A DNA stretch of 32,000 nt from Caldimicrobium thiodismutans. Its GTDB lineage: Bacteria; Desulfobacterota; Thermodesulfobacteria; Thermodesulfobacteriales; Thermodesulfobacteriaceae. The stretch covers positions 270,001-302,000 of the forward strand of contig NZ_AP014945.1 of assembly GCF_001548275.1 (NCBI RefSeq). The letters are read 5' to 3'. The notes beneath the pieces are model-generated. The model did not search any database and was not told where the DNA came from. It was given only the letters and a program-made list of their open reading frames with translations. Shown piece after piece: positions 1-7,239 of the stretch. Every line of letters begins with the position of its first letter. The first letter of the stretch is position 1. The translations under genes were made by a program, and so were the position numbers.

Positions 1-931
1 CTATAACAAAACGGGAAGAAGGCTCCTTAGCTCTTAAGATCACATTGAAATTTATACTGAAATCCCCAAAGGTATGGAATCTTAACAGGGGTTCAAACTC
101 TTCAACTCCTTCGGGATGCCCTTGCATAACCTCCTTAGCCACCTCAAGAGTAACCCTTTCCACCTTTTCAAGGTCACTGGCATAACTAACTCCAACTTGA
201 ACCAGAACTACCAGTTCCTCGGATGGAAGTTGATAATTTATAATCTGGCTTCCTGCAAGCTTGGAATTAGGGATAATTATCATATTATTGGAAAGCATAC
301 GAATGGTAGTTGTCCTCCAGGTGATATCTTCAACAAAGCCTTCATCTCCATTTTCAAGACGAATAAAATCCCCGGGTTTAATCTGCTTGGCCATAAGAAT
401 ATAAAGCCCAGCAAAAAAGTTTTCCAAAGTATCCTTCAGGGCAAGACCAACGGCAAGACCTGCCACTCCAAGGGTGGTAATAAAAGGGGCAATATTAATA
501 TTTAAGACATTGAGAATCAAGATAAAAGCTATGGAAAAGACAAGAACTTTGATGAAAATCTCAAAGAGAGTTACCTTAGCAAGGGTTTCTGCCTTTTGAG
601 TAATATAATGATCAAAGATATTAATAAGCAGCTTTGAGCCACAAAGACTTGAGGAGAGGATGAATAAAATGAGAAGAATTTTATTGACCACACTAAAGAT
701 GTGTGGGGGAATGTGGGTAAGACCTAAGGCTAAGTGAATACCCAAAAGAAGGCCCCAAAAGGGAAAATATCCCTTAAGGGTTTTTAAAACTATTTCGTCC
801 CAGGGCCAGCGAGTTTTTTTGGCAATTCTTAATAAATATTTGAAAACAAATATTCTTATTATATAAAAACCTAAAATTACAAGAAAAAAAATAAGAACTG
901 GATAGATTAATTCTTTCCAGGCCATAGACAT
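1..931 (-). CDS. mscS: MscS-family small-conductance mechanosensitive channel; the C-terminus runs off the window
   Basis: Absent from the ORF track because it is truncated by the window edge. My own minus-strand translation from the ATG at 931-929 gives MSMAWKELIYPVLIFFLVILGFYIIRIF..., then further TM helices. It continues with LGVAGLAVGLALKDTLENFFAGLYILMAKQIKPGDFIRLENGDEGFVEDITWRTTTIRM, the MscS TM3 plus beta-domain signature. The frame is open to base 1. Confidence 0.85.
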   Translation of the reverse strand, partial: MSMAWKELIYPVLIFFLVILGFYIIRIFVFKYLLRIAKKTRWPWDEIVLKTLKGYFPFWGLLLGIHLALGLTHIPPHIFSVVNKILLILFILSSSLCGSKLLINIFDHYITQKAETLAKVTLFEIFIKVLVFSIAFILILNVLNINIAPFITTLGVAGLAVGLALKDTLENFFAGLYILMAKQIKPGDFIRLENGDEGFVEDITWRTTTIRMLSNNMIIIPNSKLAGSQIINYQLPSEELVVLVQVGVSYASDLEKVERVTLEVAKEVMQGHPEGVEEFEPLLRFHTFGDFSINFNVILRAKEPSSRFVI

Positions 932-936
932 TTTAA

Positions 937-998
937 AGCATACCAAAATAACCAATCCCTGTCAACTCTTTGGATGCACCCATATCTTTTGAGACTTA
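937..998 (-). promoter_or_regulatory. Candidate sigma70-type promoter of mscS plus a conserved upstream 14-mer
   Basis: Minus strand reads TAAGTCTCAAAAGA (998-985), 19 nt, TTGACAGGG (-35 at 965-960), 17-nt spacer, TATGCT (942-937), 5 nt, ATG (931). There is no Shine-Dalgarno sequence. The module is collinear with 10454-10514. Confidence 0.4.
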
Positions 999-1055
999 TA
1001 TTTCCCCTTTTTCCCCTTCCTTTTTCTTGTAAGGATTTTTACTCATGTAAAAGGG

Positions 1056-1083
1056 TTCTCAATCTGATTTAATGAGGTATAAT
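1056..1083 (+). promoter_or_regulatory. Candidate promoter of pepP
   Basis: TTCTCA (1056-1061), 16-nt spacer, consensus TATAAT (1078-1083). The ATG at 1098 lies 14 nt downstream with no SD between them. Confidence 0.35.
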
Positions 1084-1097
1084 TCTCTTTGTTTTAT

Positions 1098-2195
1098 ATG
1101 TTTAAGAATCAGAATTCACAAAGATTAGAGAAGGTAAGAAAACTTCTTTGGGAAAAAGAGCTTGATGGTTTCTTATTTTCTTCAACACCTAATGTCTTTT
1201 ATCTCACTGGCCTTAAGGCAAGTCAGGCTTATGTAGTAATTACAGAAAAAGAGGCCCTTTTAGTAACGGATGCCAGGTATTATGAAAGAGCCAAAGAAAT
1301 TGCTTCTCCTTCCTTTAAGACAAAGCTTATTCTCGGAGATCCTACAAAGTTTTTAAAAGATCTTTTAAAATCCTTAAAGATAAGCCGAGTTGGTTTTGAA
1401 AAGGATAGGGTAACTTGTGAGTTAAGAGAAAGGCTTAGAAGTAGGAGCTATCAACTAATTGGCCTTTCTCAGCCTTTAAGATCTTTGAGGATGAAAAAAG
1501 AGGTAATTGAGATAGAGAAGATTAAGAGAGCTGTTGGAATTACTGATGAGATCTTTCAAAAACTTTTGCATATTTTAAAGCCAGGACTTTTTGAACTGGA
1601 GGTTAGGGGGAAAATCGTTGAGCTTGCCTTTAAAAGGGAAGCCGAGGGCGAGGCTTTCCCATCAATTGTAGCGTCAGGTGAACATTCGGCTATACCTCAC
1701 TGGGAATCCTCAAAGAAAACTATTTCAAAGGGCCCCCTTCTTATAGATATGGGAGTTTTGTATGAGGGGTATTGCAGTGATTTTACAAGGACCCTTTATC
1801 TGGGAAAGGCAGATCAAGAGTTTAAAAAATATTATGAGATTGTAAAAACAGCCTGGTTTAAGGCCTTTGAAAGGGTAAAAACAGGTGTTCCTGTTTATGA
1901 GATAGATAAAAGAATAAGAGAATATTTTCAAAAAAAAGGAGTTCTTTCCTATTTTACTCATTCTACTGGACATGGTCTTGGAATTGAAATCCATGAATTT
2001 CCACGCATCTATTATCACAAAAGCAAAAAATACCTTAAAAATCAGCCTTATCTTGAGGAGGGGATGGTTTTTACTATTGAACCAGGTCTCTATTTTCCTG
2101 GAAGATTTGGAATAAGGCTTGAAAATGTTGTTTTTGTAGAAGAGGGAAGAGGTAAAATTTATTCAGAAAACTCTCTGGAATTGTTAGAGCTTTGA
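1098..2195 (+). CDS. pepP: Xaa-Pro aminopeptidase/dipeptidase, M24B family
   Basis: Creatinase-like N-domain plus pita-bread fold. All five metal ligands are recognisable: IDMG..., CSDFTRT, HSTGHGLGIEIHE, FTIEPGLY, IRLENVV. The track starts at a TTG (1089); the ATG at 1098 is more likely. Confidence 0.85.
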   Translation: MFKNQNSQRLEKVRKLLWEKELDGFLFSSTPNVFYLTGLKASQAYVVITEKEALLVTDARYYERAKEIASPSFKTKLILGDPTKFLKDLLKSLKISRVGFEKDRVTCELRERLRSRSYQLIGLSQPLRSLRMKKEVIEIEKIKRAVGITDEIFQKLLHILKPGLFELEVRGKIVELAFKREAEGEAFPSIVASGEHSAIPHWESSKKTISKGPLLIDMGVLYEGYCSDFTRTLYLGKADQEFKKYYEIVKTAWFKAFERVKTGVPVYEIDKRIREYFQKKGVLSYFTHSTGHGLGIEIHEFPRIYYHKSKKYLKNQPYLEEGMVFTIEPGLYFPGRFGIRLENVVFVEEGRGKIYSENSLELLEL

Positions 2196-3055
2196 GAGGC
2201 TTTTTGAATTTTTTGGAGCTCCCTTTTTAAGAGCCTCTGGGTATCTTTAAGTCTTTGCAGGAGGTTTTCAGCACTTTTTAATTCTCGGGAGAGTTTTTCC
2301 AAATCCCTTTCAAGTTCAAAGGTAAATTTTTCAATACCAGAAAGCCCCTCTGTAAGAAGACTTTCATCATAGGTTTTACCAAAGCGGTCCCAGAAAAAGT
2401 GTATAAAAAAGAGAACGGGAAGTAGTAAAGAATAGGGCACTAAAAGAATTTTATCCTTTTCCAGTTCTTCAAAGACCCTTTTTTGAAGATGAGGGAAAAG
2501 GCCATCTGGGCAAGTCATTACTGCAAGACCAGCTGTTTTATCATCTCTAAGATAAGGTAAAATCTCCTTTGCGCGGGCTTTGATTCTCTTTATAAGCTCC
2601 TTTTCTTCATAGGAATTCAAGAATTCTTGACTTAAAAATTCAGGGGCTATAAATTTTGAATCTACAGGTAACAATCTTCCATCTGAGAGTATAAGAGCAA
2701 ATTCCACCTCTCCGCCTCCAATTTTAACCTCTCTTTTCAGAAAATGTGGAGGGACCTGGGATAGGATTTCTTCAAGGGCCCTTTCCGCGGATTTTCCTGA
2801 TTTTCGGCTTGTAAAGATGTTGCTTAAACGGAAGATTTCATCACGCAGGGTCTTTAAAAGGTCTTCTGCAAGATATAATCTTTGCAAGTCCCTTTTTATT
2901 TCTGTAAGATCCTGAAGGCGTTCTTTAAGGGTGAACAGGGGGTCTGATAGTCTTTTCTCTAAATGATCCTTTAATCTGAAATAAATAAAGATCAGGGCTA
3001 TAAAAATAAGAAAGAAAAGTAATCCAGGAAAAAGGAAATCAGACATCGGGCTCAC
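2159..3055 (-). CDS. rmuC: RmuC-like DNA recombination/nuclease protein (short form, N-terminal TM helix plus coiled coil)
   Basis: N-terminal hydrophobic helix (LFPGLLFFLIFIALIFIYF), then coiled coil. The segment GKSAERALEEILSQV...GEVEFALILSDGRLLPVDSKFIAPEF resembles the RmuC PD-(D/E)XK-like core (E..E..., iDsKFP). At 298 aa it is shorter than typical RmuC. Confidence 0.6.
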   Translation of the reverse strand: MSPMSDFLFPGLLFFLIFIALIFIYFRLKDHLEKRLSDPLFTLKERLQDLTEIKRDLQRLYLAEDLLKTLRDEIFRLSNIFTSRKSGKSAERALEEILSQVPPHFLKREVKIGGGEVEFALILSDGRLLPVDSKFIAPEFLSQEFLNSYEEKELIKRIKARAKEILPYLRDDKTAGLAVMTCPDGLFPHLQKRVFEELEKDKILLVPYSLLLPVLFFIHFFWDRFGKTYDESLLTEGLSGIEKFTFELERDLEKLSRELKSAENLLQRLKDTQRLLKRELQKIQKASQSSNNSREFSE

Positions 3056-3058
3056 GGA

Positions 3059-4003
3059 TTAATTATTTCTTAAATGAATACAGTCTCCGGAAAAAATTCT
3101 TTTAAGACTGTGGTCTTCAAGCTCAAGGAGAAGAGCTCCTTCAGCATCTATGTCAAGGGCAATCCCTATAAAAGTGCCTTCAGGGGTCTTAACTTTTACA
3201 TGAGACTTTAAGGTCTCGCTAAGGGCCTTCCATTCTGTAAGAATCTCATTTTTTTTGGAGAATAGTTTTTCAAAGTGATGAAGAAGATCTTTGAGGAGAG
3301 GAAGCCTTTTAACCTTTTTACCAAGGGCCTCAGAGATTGAGATTCCTGGAATTAGAAAAGACTTCTCTTTAACGGAGTTATTAACATTTATTCCAATACC
3401 TATAAGAGCATAAGATAGGGCATCAATTTCAGCCTTAATTTCTAGAAGGATACCAGCAACCTTTCTTCCCTGGATGAGGACATCATTTGGCCATTTGACC
3501 TTGGCTTGAAGGCCATAAGTTTCTTGGATAGCTTTAGCTACTGATACTGATGATAAATAAGTAAGGAGATAAGCCTCTTTAAGGGGAAGAGGCTCCTGCA
3601 ACACCAAAGTTAACCAGAGCCCTCCTTTTTCGGATTCCCAGGTTCTACTGAGTCTTCCCCTTCCAGAGAGTTGTCTTTCAGCAATTACCAAAGCCCTTTT
3701 TTTCTTTTCTGCAAGCTCTTTAGCAAGATCCATGGTTGAGCCTGTTTCTGGAAGATAATGAATTTCATCAAAAAGAATAAGAGAGGAAAGGATTTGATTT
3801 AGCTCGTCTTCAAGAAAAAAATCTTTGTCCTCTAAAAAATATCCTTTTTTAGAGGTTTCTATAGTATAACCTCTGGATTTAAGTTTTTGCATACATTTCC
3901 AGATAGCAACTCTACTCACATTAATGATTTTAGCCAGTTTTTCTCCTGAGATAGGTTGATCAGCTTCTTTTAAGATTTTGAGAATCTTATTTTCAAGATG
4001 CAT
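3059..4003 (-). CDS. birA: Bifunctional biotin-[acetyl-CoA-carboxylase] ligase / biotin operon repressor
   Basis: N-terminal winged HTH (ISGEKLAKIINVSRVAIWKCMQKLK). Biotin-binding GRGRLSRTWES motif, KWPNDV motif and a C-terminal SH3-like domain. The track's GTG start (4018) would overlap the tRNA 3' end, so the ATG at 4003 (MHLENKIL...) is preferred. Confidence 0.9.
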   Translation of the reverse strand: MHLENKILKILKEADQPISGEKLAKIINVSRVAIWKCMQKLKSRGYTIETSKKGYFLEDKDFFLEDELNQILSSLILFDEIHYLPETGSTMDLAKELAEKKKRALVIAERQLSGRGRLSRTWESEKGGLWLTLVLQEPLPLKEAYLLTYLSSVSVAKAIQETYGLQAKVKWPNDVLIQGRKVAGILLEIKAEIDALSYALIGIGINVNNSVKEKSFLIPGISISEALGKKVKRLPLLKDLLHHFEKLFSKKNEILTEWKALSETLKSHVKVKTPEGTFIGIALDIDAEGALLLELEDHSLKRIFSGDCIHLRNN

Positions 4004-4017
4004 ATTTTTTAATTCCA

Positions 4018-4090
4018 CGGGCCTGGGGGGATTTGAACCCCCGACCTCAGGGTCCGGAGCCCTGCGCTCTGTCCGCTGAGCTACAGGCCC
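4018..4090 (-). tRNA. tRNA-Arg (anticodon CCG), no encoded CCA
   Basis: The reverse complement folds by hand into a cloverleaf. Acceptor GGGCCTG/CAGGCCC; D arm GCTC-AGCGGACA-GAGC; anticodon stem CAGGG/CCCTG with loop CT-CCG-GA; variable loop AGGTC; T arm GGGGG-TTCAAAT-CCCCC; discriminator G. Length 73 nt. Confidence 0.9.
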
Positions 4091-4111
4091 AATTTAATTA
4101 ACTATAACATC

Positions 4112-5659
4112 CTATAACCTCTCCCAGAAAAAGCCTTTGATATTCCTCTCCCCTGAAGAAAACTCAATCCCAATAAGATAAATCTCCTTAGACTTCCCCT
4201 CATACTTCTTATGATACCCCTTCTCCTTAAGTTGAGCTAAGGCTTTACCTTCTACCCCCTCTCCCTCAACCACCTTGAACTCAAAAAGATAAGCTCTTTC
4301 TCTGTATAGCACCGTCAAATCTATTTGCCCCTTATTTGTTATATCCTCAGGGATTACCTCAAGCCCTGACCCACATAAAAAGGCATAAAAGCAACTTGCA
4401 TAATACCCCTCATAACGGGAAAGCTCATTCTTCCTGAACCAATCATGGGGTATCCCTGCATAAAGCCCCTCAAGAACCTTCTTCATCTTCTCAAACTGAT
4501 TTCCCTCAAGAGCCAAAAGAAAATCCCTTGTCTTTAAAGGAACTTCCCCTGTATCCCCTGTAAAATACTCAGCAAGCACCTCATTTAAAGCTACCTTTAC
4601 CTCCTTATTGGGATAGGAAAGCTCATAAAGAATCTTATCTGCAAGGCTAAATATTCTTTTTATGGTAAGATAGCCTGCTTGAAAAAGGAGATTCTCAGGC
4701 CTAACCCTATCTACATCAAAGGATCCAATAAGTGTGTCTGTTGCTACAAGATTTTCAAGCTCAGGAAGATAAAAACGTTTCTCAAGAAGAAGCTTTACAA
4801 GAAAACTTGGAGTTCCTGTCTCAAACCAGTAAGGGTGGAATTTTTTTTCCTCTAAATAGAGAAGGATATCAAATGGATTATAAACAGGCTCCCCAAGCCA
4901 GGAATAACCATTATACCAGCATCTTATAAGCTCTAAATCTTTATCTTGCAATTCTTCTCTGAAAACTTCTTCAAGCTCCTCTTGAGCAAATCCGCAAATA
5001 GTTGAATACTTTCTGCTTAAAGTAATATCATTTAAGAAATTTAAACCTGAGAAAATTGAAGACATATAAAATTTTAAAACCCCTGTTAAAAGAACAAATT
5101 TGAGATATCTATCAAGGGGCTTTAGAATAATGTAAAATTTTACAAGAATATCTCTTATTCTTTTTGCAGTTTCTCTATCCTCAATGCAATCAAGAATAGG
5201 TTTGTCATACTCATCAATAAGAACAACTACCTTTTGTTTATATTTTTCATAACTTTTAAGAATCAATTCTTTAAAACAGATATCATAAAGGGTTTTTTCT
5301 GAACAGGGGACTCCAAGAGTTTCTTGATTTTTCTCAAGTTGTTCAAGAATATAAGTTATTAAATGTTCCTCTCCTTTGAAGGTTCTTCCCCCAAAATCAA
5401 TATGTATAACAGGATACTTAACACTCCAGTCCCAGTTTTTCTCAAGATAGAGCCCCTGGAAAAGCTCCTTTCTTCCAAGGAAGGCCTGCTTCAGGGTGTC
5501 CACAAAAAGGGATTTTCCAAATCTCCTTGGGCGAGAGAGAAAATAATAAGTTCCTTCTTCAACAAGCTTTGCAACAAATGGAGTTTTATCCACATAATAA
5601 TAGGGCTCACTTCTAATTTTTTCAAAACTTGAAATCCCGATGGGAAGTTTTTTCTCCAT
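4112..5659 (-). CDS. Predicted AAA-ATPase (PF09820-like N-domain) fused to a PD-(D/E)XK nuclease (PDDEXK_9-like C-domain)
   Basis: The N-terminus LPIGISSFEKIRSEPYYYVDKTPFV...YYFLSRPRRFGKSLFVDTL is the characteristic opening and Walker A (GKS) of this family. VVVLIDEYD is the Walker B. The C-terminus GQIDLTVLY...YLFEFKV gives the D...E-x-K nuclease triad. Confidence 0.75.
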   Translation of the reverse strand: MEKKLPIGISSFEKIRSEPYYYVDKTPFVAKLVEEGTYYFLSRPRRFGKSLFVDTLKQAFLGRKELFQGLYLEKNWDWSVKYPVIHIDFGGRTFKGEEHLITYILEQLEKNQETLGVPCSEKTLYDICFKELILKSYEKYKQKVVVLIDEYDKPILDCIEDRETAKRIRDILVKFYIILKPLDRYLKFVLLTGVLKFYMSSIFSGLNFLNDITLSRKYSTICGFAQEELEEVFREELQDKDLELIRCWYNGYSWLGEPVYNPFDILLYLEEKKFHPYWFETGTPSFLVKLLLEKRFYLPELENLVATDTLIGSFDVDRVRPENLLFQAGYLTIKRIFSLADKILYELSYPNKEVKVALNEVLAEYFTGDTGEVPLKTRDFLLALEGNQFEKMKKVLEGLYAGIPHDWFRKNELSRYEGYYASCFYAFLCGSGLEVIPEDITNKGQIDLTVLYRERAYLFEFKVVEGEGVEGKALAQLKEKGYHKKYEGKSKEIYLIGIEFSSGERNIKGFFWERL

Positions 5660-5665
5660 AGCTTT

Positions 5666-5694
5666 ATTTTAAGCCTAAAGTATTCAGATTTCAA
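5666..5694 (-). promoter_or_regulatory. Candidate promoter of the AAA-ATPase/PD-(D/E)XK gene (leaderless layout)
   Basis: Minus strand reads TTGAAA (5694-5689), 17-nt spacer, TAAAAT (5671-5666), 6 nt (AAAGCT), ATG (5659). There is no SD. Confidence 0.4.
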
Positions 5695-5833
5695 CCTTGT
5701 GTTTTGTTTAAAGCTAAAGCATTCTCTTTTTCAGGGGAATTAATTTAAAGACCTTTTCAATGCTTCTTAAATATCGCTCATTTTCATAAAAAACTACTAA
5801 AGGTTACTTAAATGTTTTGAGCAAAAAAGTATT

Positions 5834-6781
5834 TCAAAAACCTAAGGACTCTTTTAGAAAGATGGCAAGGTCTCTAATTTCTTCTTGGGCTTGAGGGATA
5901 GCCCTTTTACTTATAAAATCTCTCCAGACTAATTCAGGACCAGTAGCAAGAACAGTAGTTGCAACTCCCTGAGGAACTATAAATCTTGCACTTTCCCGCT
6001 TCATATTTTTGCAGAGCTCTTCATAAATAGCCATCCCATTTTTTATAGTTTCCTCATAAAGTTTCACCTGAGACTCTGTAAAGGCTTTTGGAATAACAAA
6101 CTTATCCACCTTAGTATAGCGATGGGATCTTTGATTAAAATTCAGCCAGGTATGTCTTACAAATTGATGACTAAAAATCCTTGAAAAGTTATGAGTAATG
6201 ACTCCGATCCAGTTAAAGGGATCGCCTTTTCTGCTTTTAAGAATTATAATCTCAGGCTCTGCAAAAAGAGATTTTTCTTCATAGAGAAGCTCGTTTTTTA
6301 GCTCAGAAAGAAGACCCTGGTAAAGAATTCTGGAATTTCTTGCTAAGCTAACCTCAATCTCTTCAAGGGCTGGTTCAGTATTTATCAAATAAAGAAAGGT
6401 TTGATCATCGAGATTTTCTGCAAGATGTCGCAAATTAAAGAGGGCTAACCCCTTTTCTTCATCCCAGAAAACCTTAAAAAAGGTGCTTGCAAGGTCAAAT
6501 TTGTCTTCCAATGAAAACCCAGAAGTATTTATAAAGATAGGGGTATGCGCAAAGACACTGAAGTGCCCAGCCTTTTTAAGATGAAGGAGAAAGCTTTTAA
6601 ACCTCTCAAAGTCTCTAAATTTTTCCTCTTCAAAAAGCGAAAGAGGATGAGACTCCGCATAGCAAATACGAGCTCCAAGGTAGCTGAAAAAGATAAAAAC
6701 TTGTAGTGTCGATCTATCCAGATTTTCGTAAACCTTATTAATCAGGATCCTTTGCTTTTTTCTTAATTTTTCAAGATTCAT
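5834..6781 (-). CDS. thyX: Flavin-dependent thymidylate synthase ThyX homologue, divergent, with a large internal insertion
   Basis: GARICYAES, GHFSVFAH, FSRIFSHQFVRHTWLNFNQRSHRY (RH[T]-X7-S-x-R-Y spacing identical to the ThyX RHR-X7-S motif) and ARFIVPQGVATTVL...FISKRA...AQEEI. The start overlaps the dut stop (ATGA). Confidence 0.75.
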   Translation of the reverse strand: MNLEKLRKKQRILINKVYENLDRSTLQVFIFFSYLGARICYAESHPLSLFEEEKFRDFERFKSFLLHLKKAGHFSVFAHTPIFINTSGFSLEDKFDLASTFFKVFWDEEKGLALFNLRHLAENLDDQTFLYLINTEPALEEIEVSLARNSRILYQGLLSELKNELLYEEKSLFAEPEIIILKSRKGDPFNWIGVITHNFSRIFSHQFVRHTWLNFNQRSHRYTKVDKFVIPKAFTESQVKLYEETIKNGMAIYEELCKNMKRESARFIVPQGVATTVLATGPELVWRDFISKRAIPQAQEEIRDLAIFLKESLGF

Positions 6782-7230
6782 TTATAGCCTCCTGTTGATC
6801 CAAAGCCTCCTCTTGAATTCTGGGGTAATTCTTCAAGGCCTACTTCTTCAATTTCCGGAAAGGTAATTTTAATAAAAACAGCCTGAGCAATCTTTTCATG
6901 TTCAGCAATAACAACGGATTCATCCCCTAAGTTTACCACAGGTATCATAACCTCATCGGTCTCGCCGCAATAATCAAAATCAATAATTCCTGCGGAATTA
7001 GGAAGAATGAGTTTTTTCTTTTTGAAGAGAGAGGATCTGGGGAAGATAAAAAGGGCGTAGGGTGGTTCAGCTTTTATAACAAGGCCTGTTCGAATAAGTT
7101 TAAATTCCTTTGCTCCAACTACCGTCTCTTCAAGGGCAAAGAGGTCATATCCAACTGAACCAGAAGTGCTTCTTACTGGTAGCTTGGCCCTGGAATCCCT
7201 TCGCCAGACTTTTACTTTTGGGGTATTCAA
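6778..7230 (-). CDS. dut: dUTP diphosphatase (trimeric dUTPase)
   Basis: All five dUTPase motifs are present: SVGYDL, FPRSSL, GIIDFDYCGE, KIAQAVF and SRGGFGSTGG. TTG start, with GAGG 9 nt upstream overlapping the rex stop. Confidence 0.9.
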   Translation of the reverse strand: MNTPKVKVWRRDSRAKLPVRSTSGSVGYDLFALEETVVGAKEFKLIRTGLVIKAEPPYALFIFPRSSLFKKKKLILPNSAGIIDFDYCGETDEVMIPVVNLGDESVVIAEHEKIAQAVFIKITFPEIEEVGLEELPQNSRGGFGSTGGYK

Positions 7231-7239
7231 TTGTCAACC

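Noticed and set aside
116-505. 129-aa plus-strand ORF from the track
   Set aside because: It lies entirely antisense to the clearly recognisable MscS coding frame. Its composition is low-complexity and matches no family.
5491-5694. 67-aa minus-strand ORF overlapping the 5' end of the AAA-ATPase gene
   Set aside because: It is an alternative frame over the well-supported N-terminus of the AAA-ATPase family protein. Its upstream part coincides with the predicted -35/-10.
4018-5833. Idea that the AAA/PD-(D/E)XK gene is cargo of a tRNA-targeted genomic island
   Set aside because: The gene lies on the 5' side of the tRNA, whereas islands normally integrate at the 3' end. I found no integrase, no direct repeat of the tRNA 3' end and no obvious compositional break.
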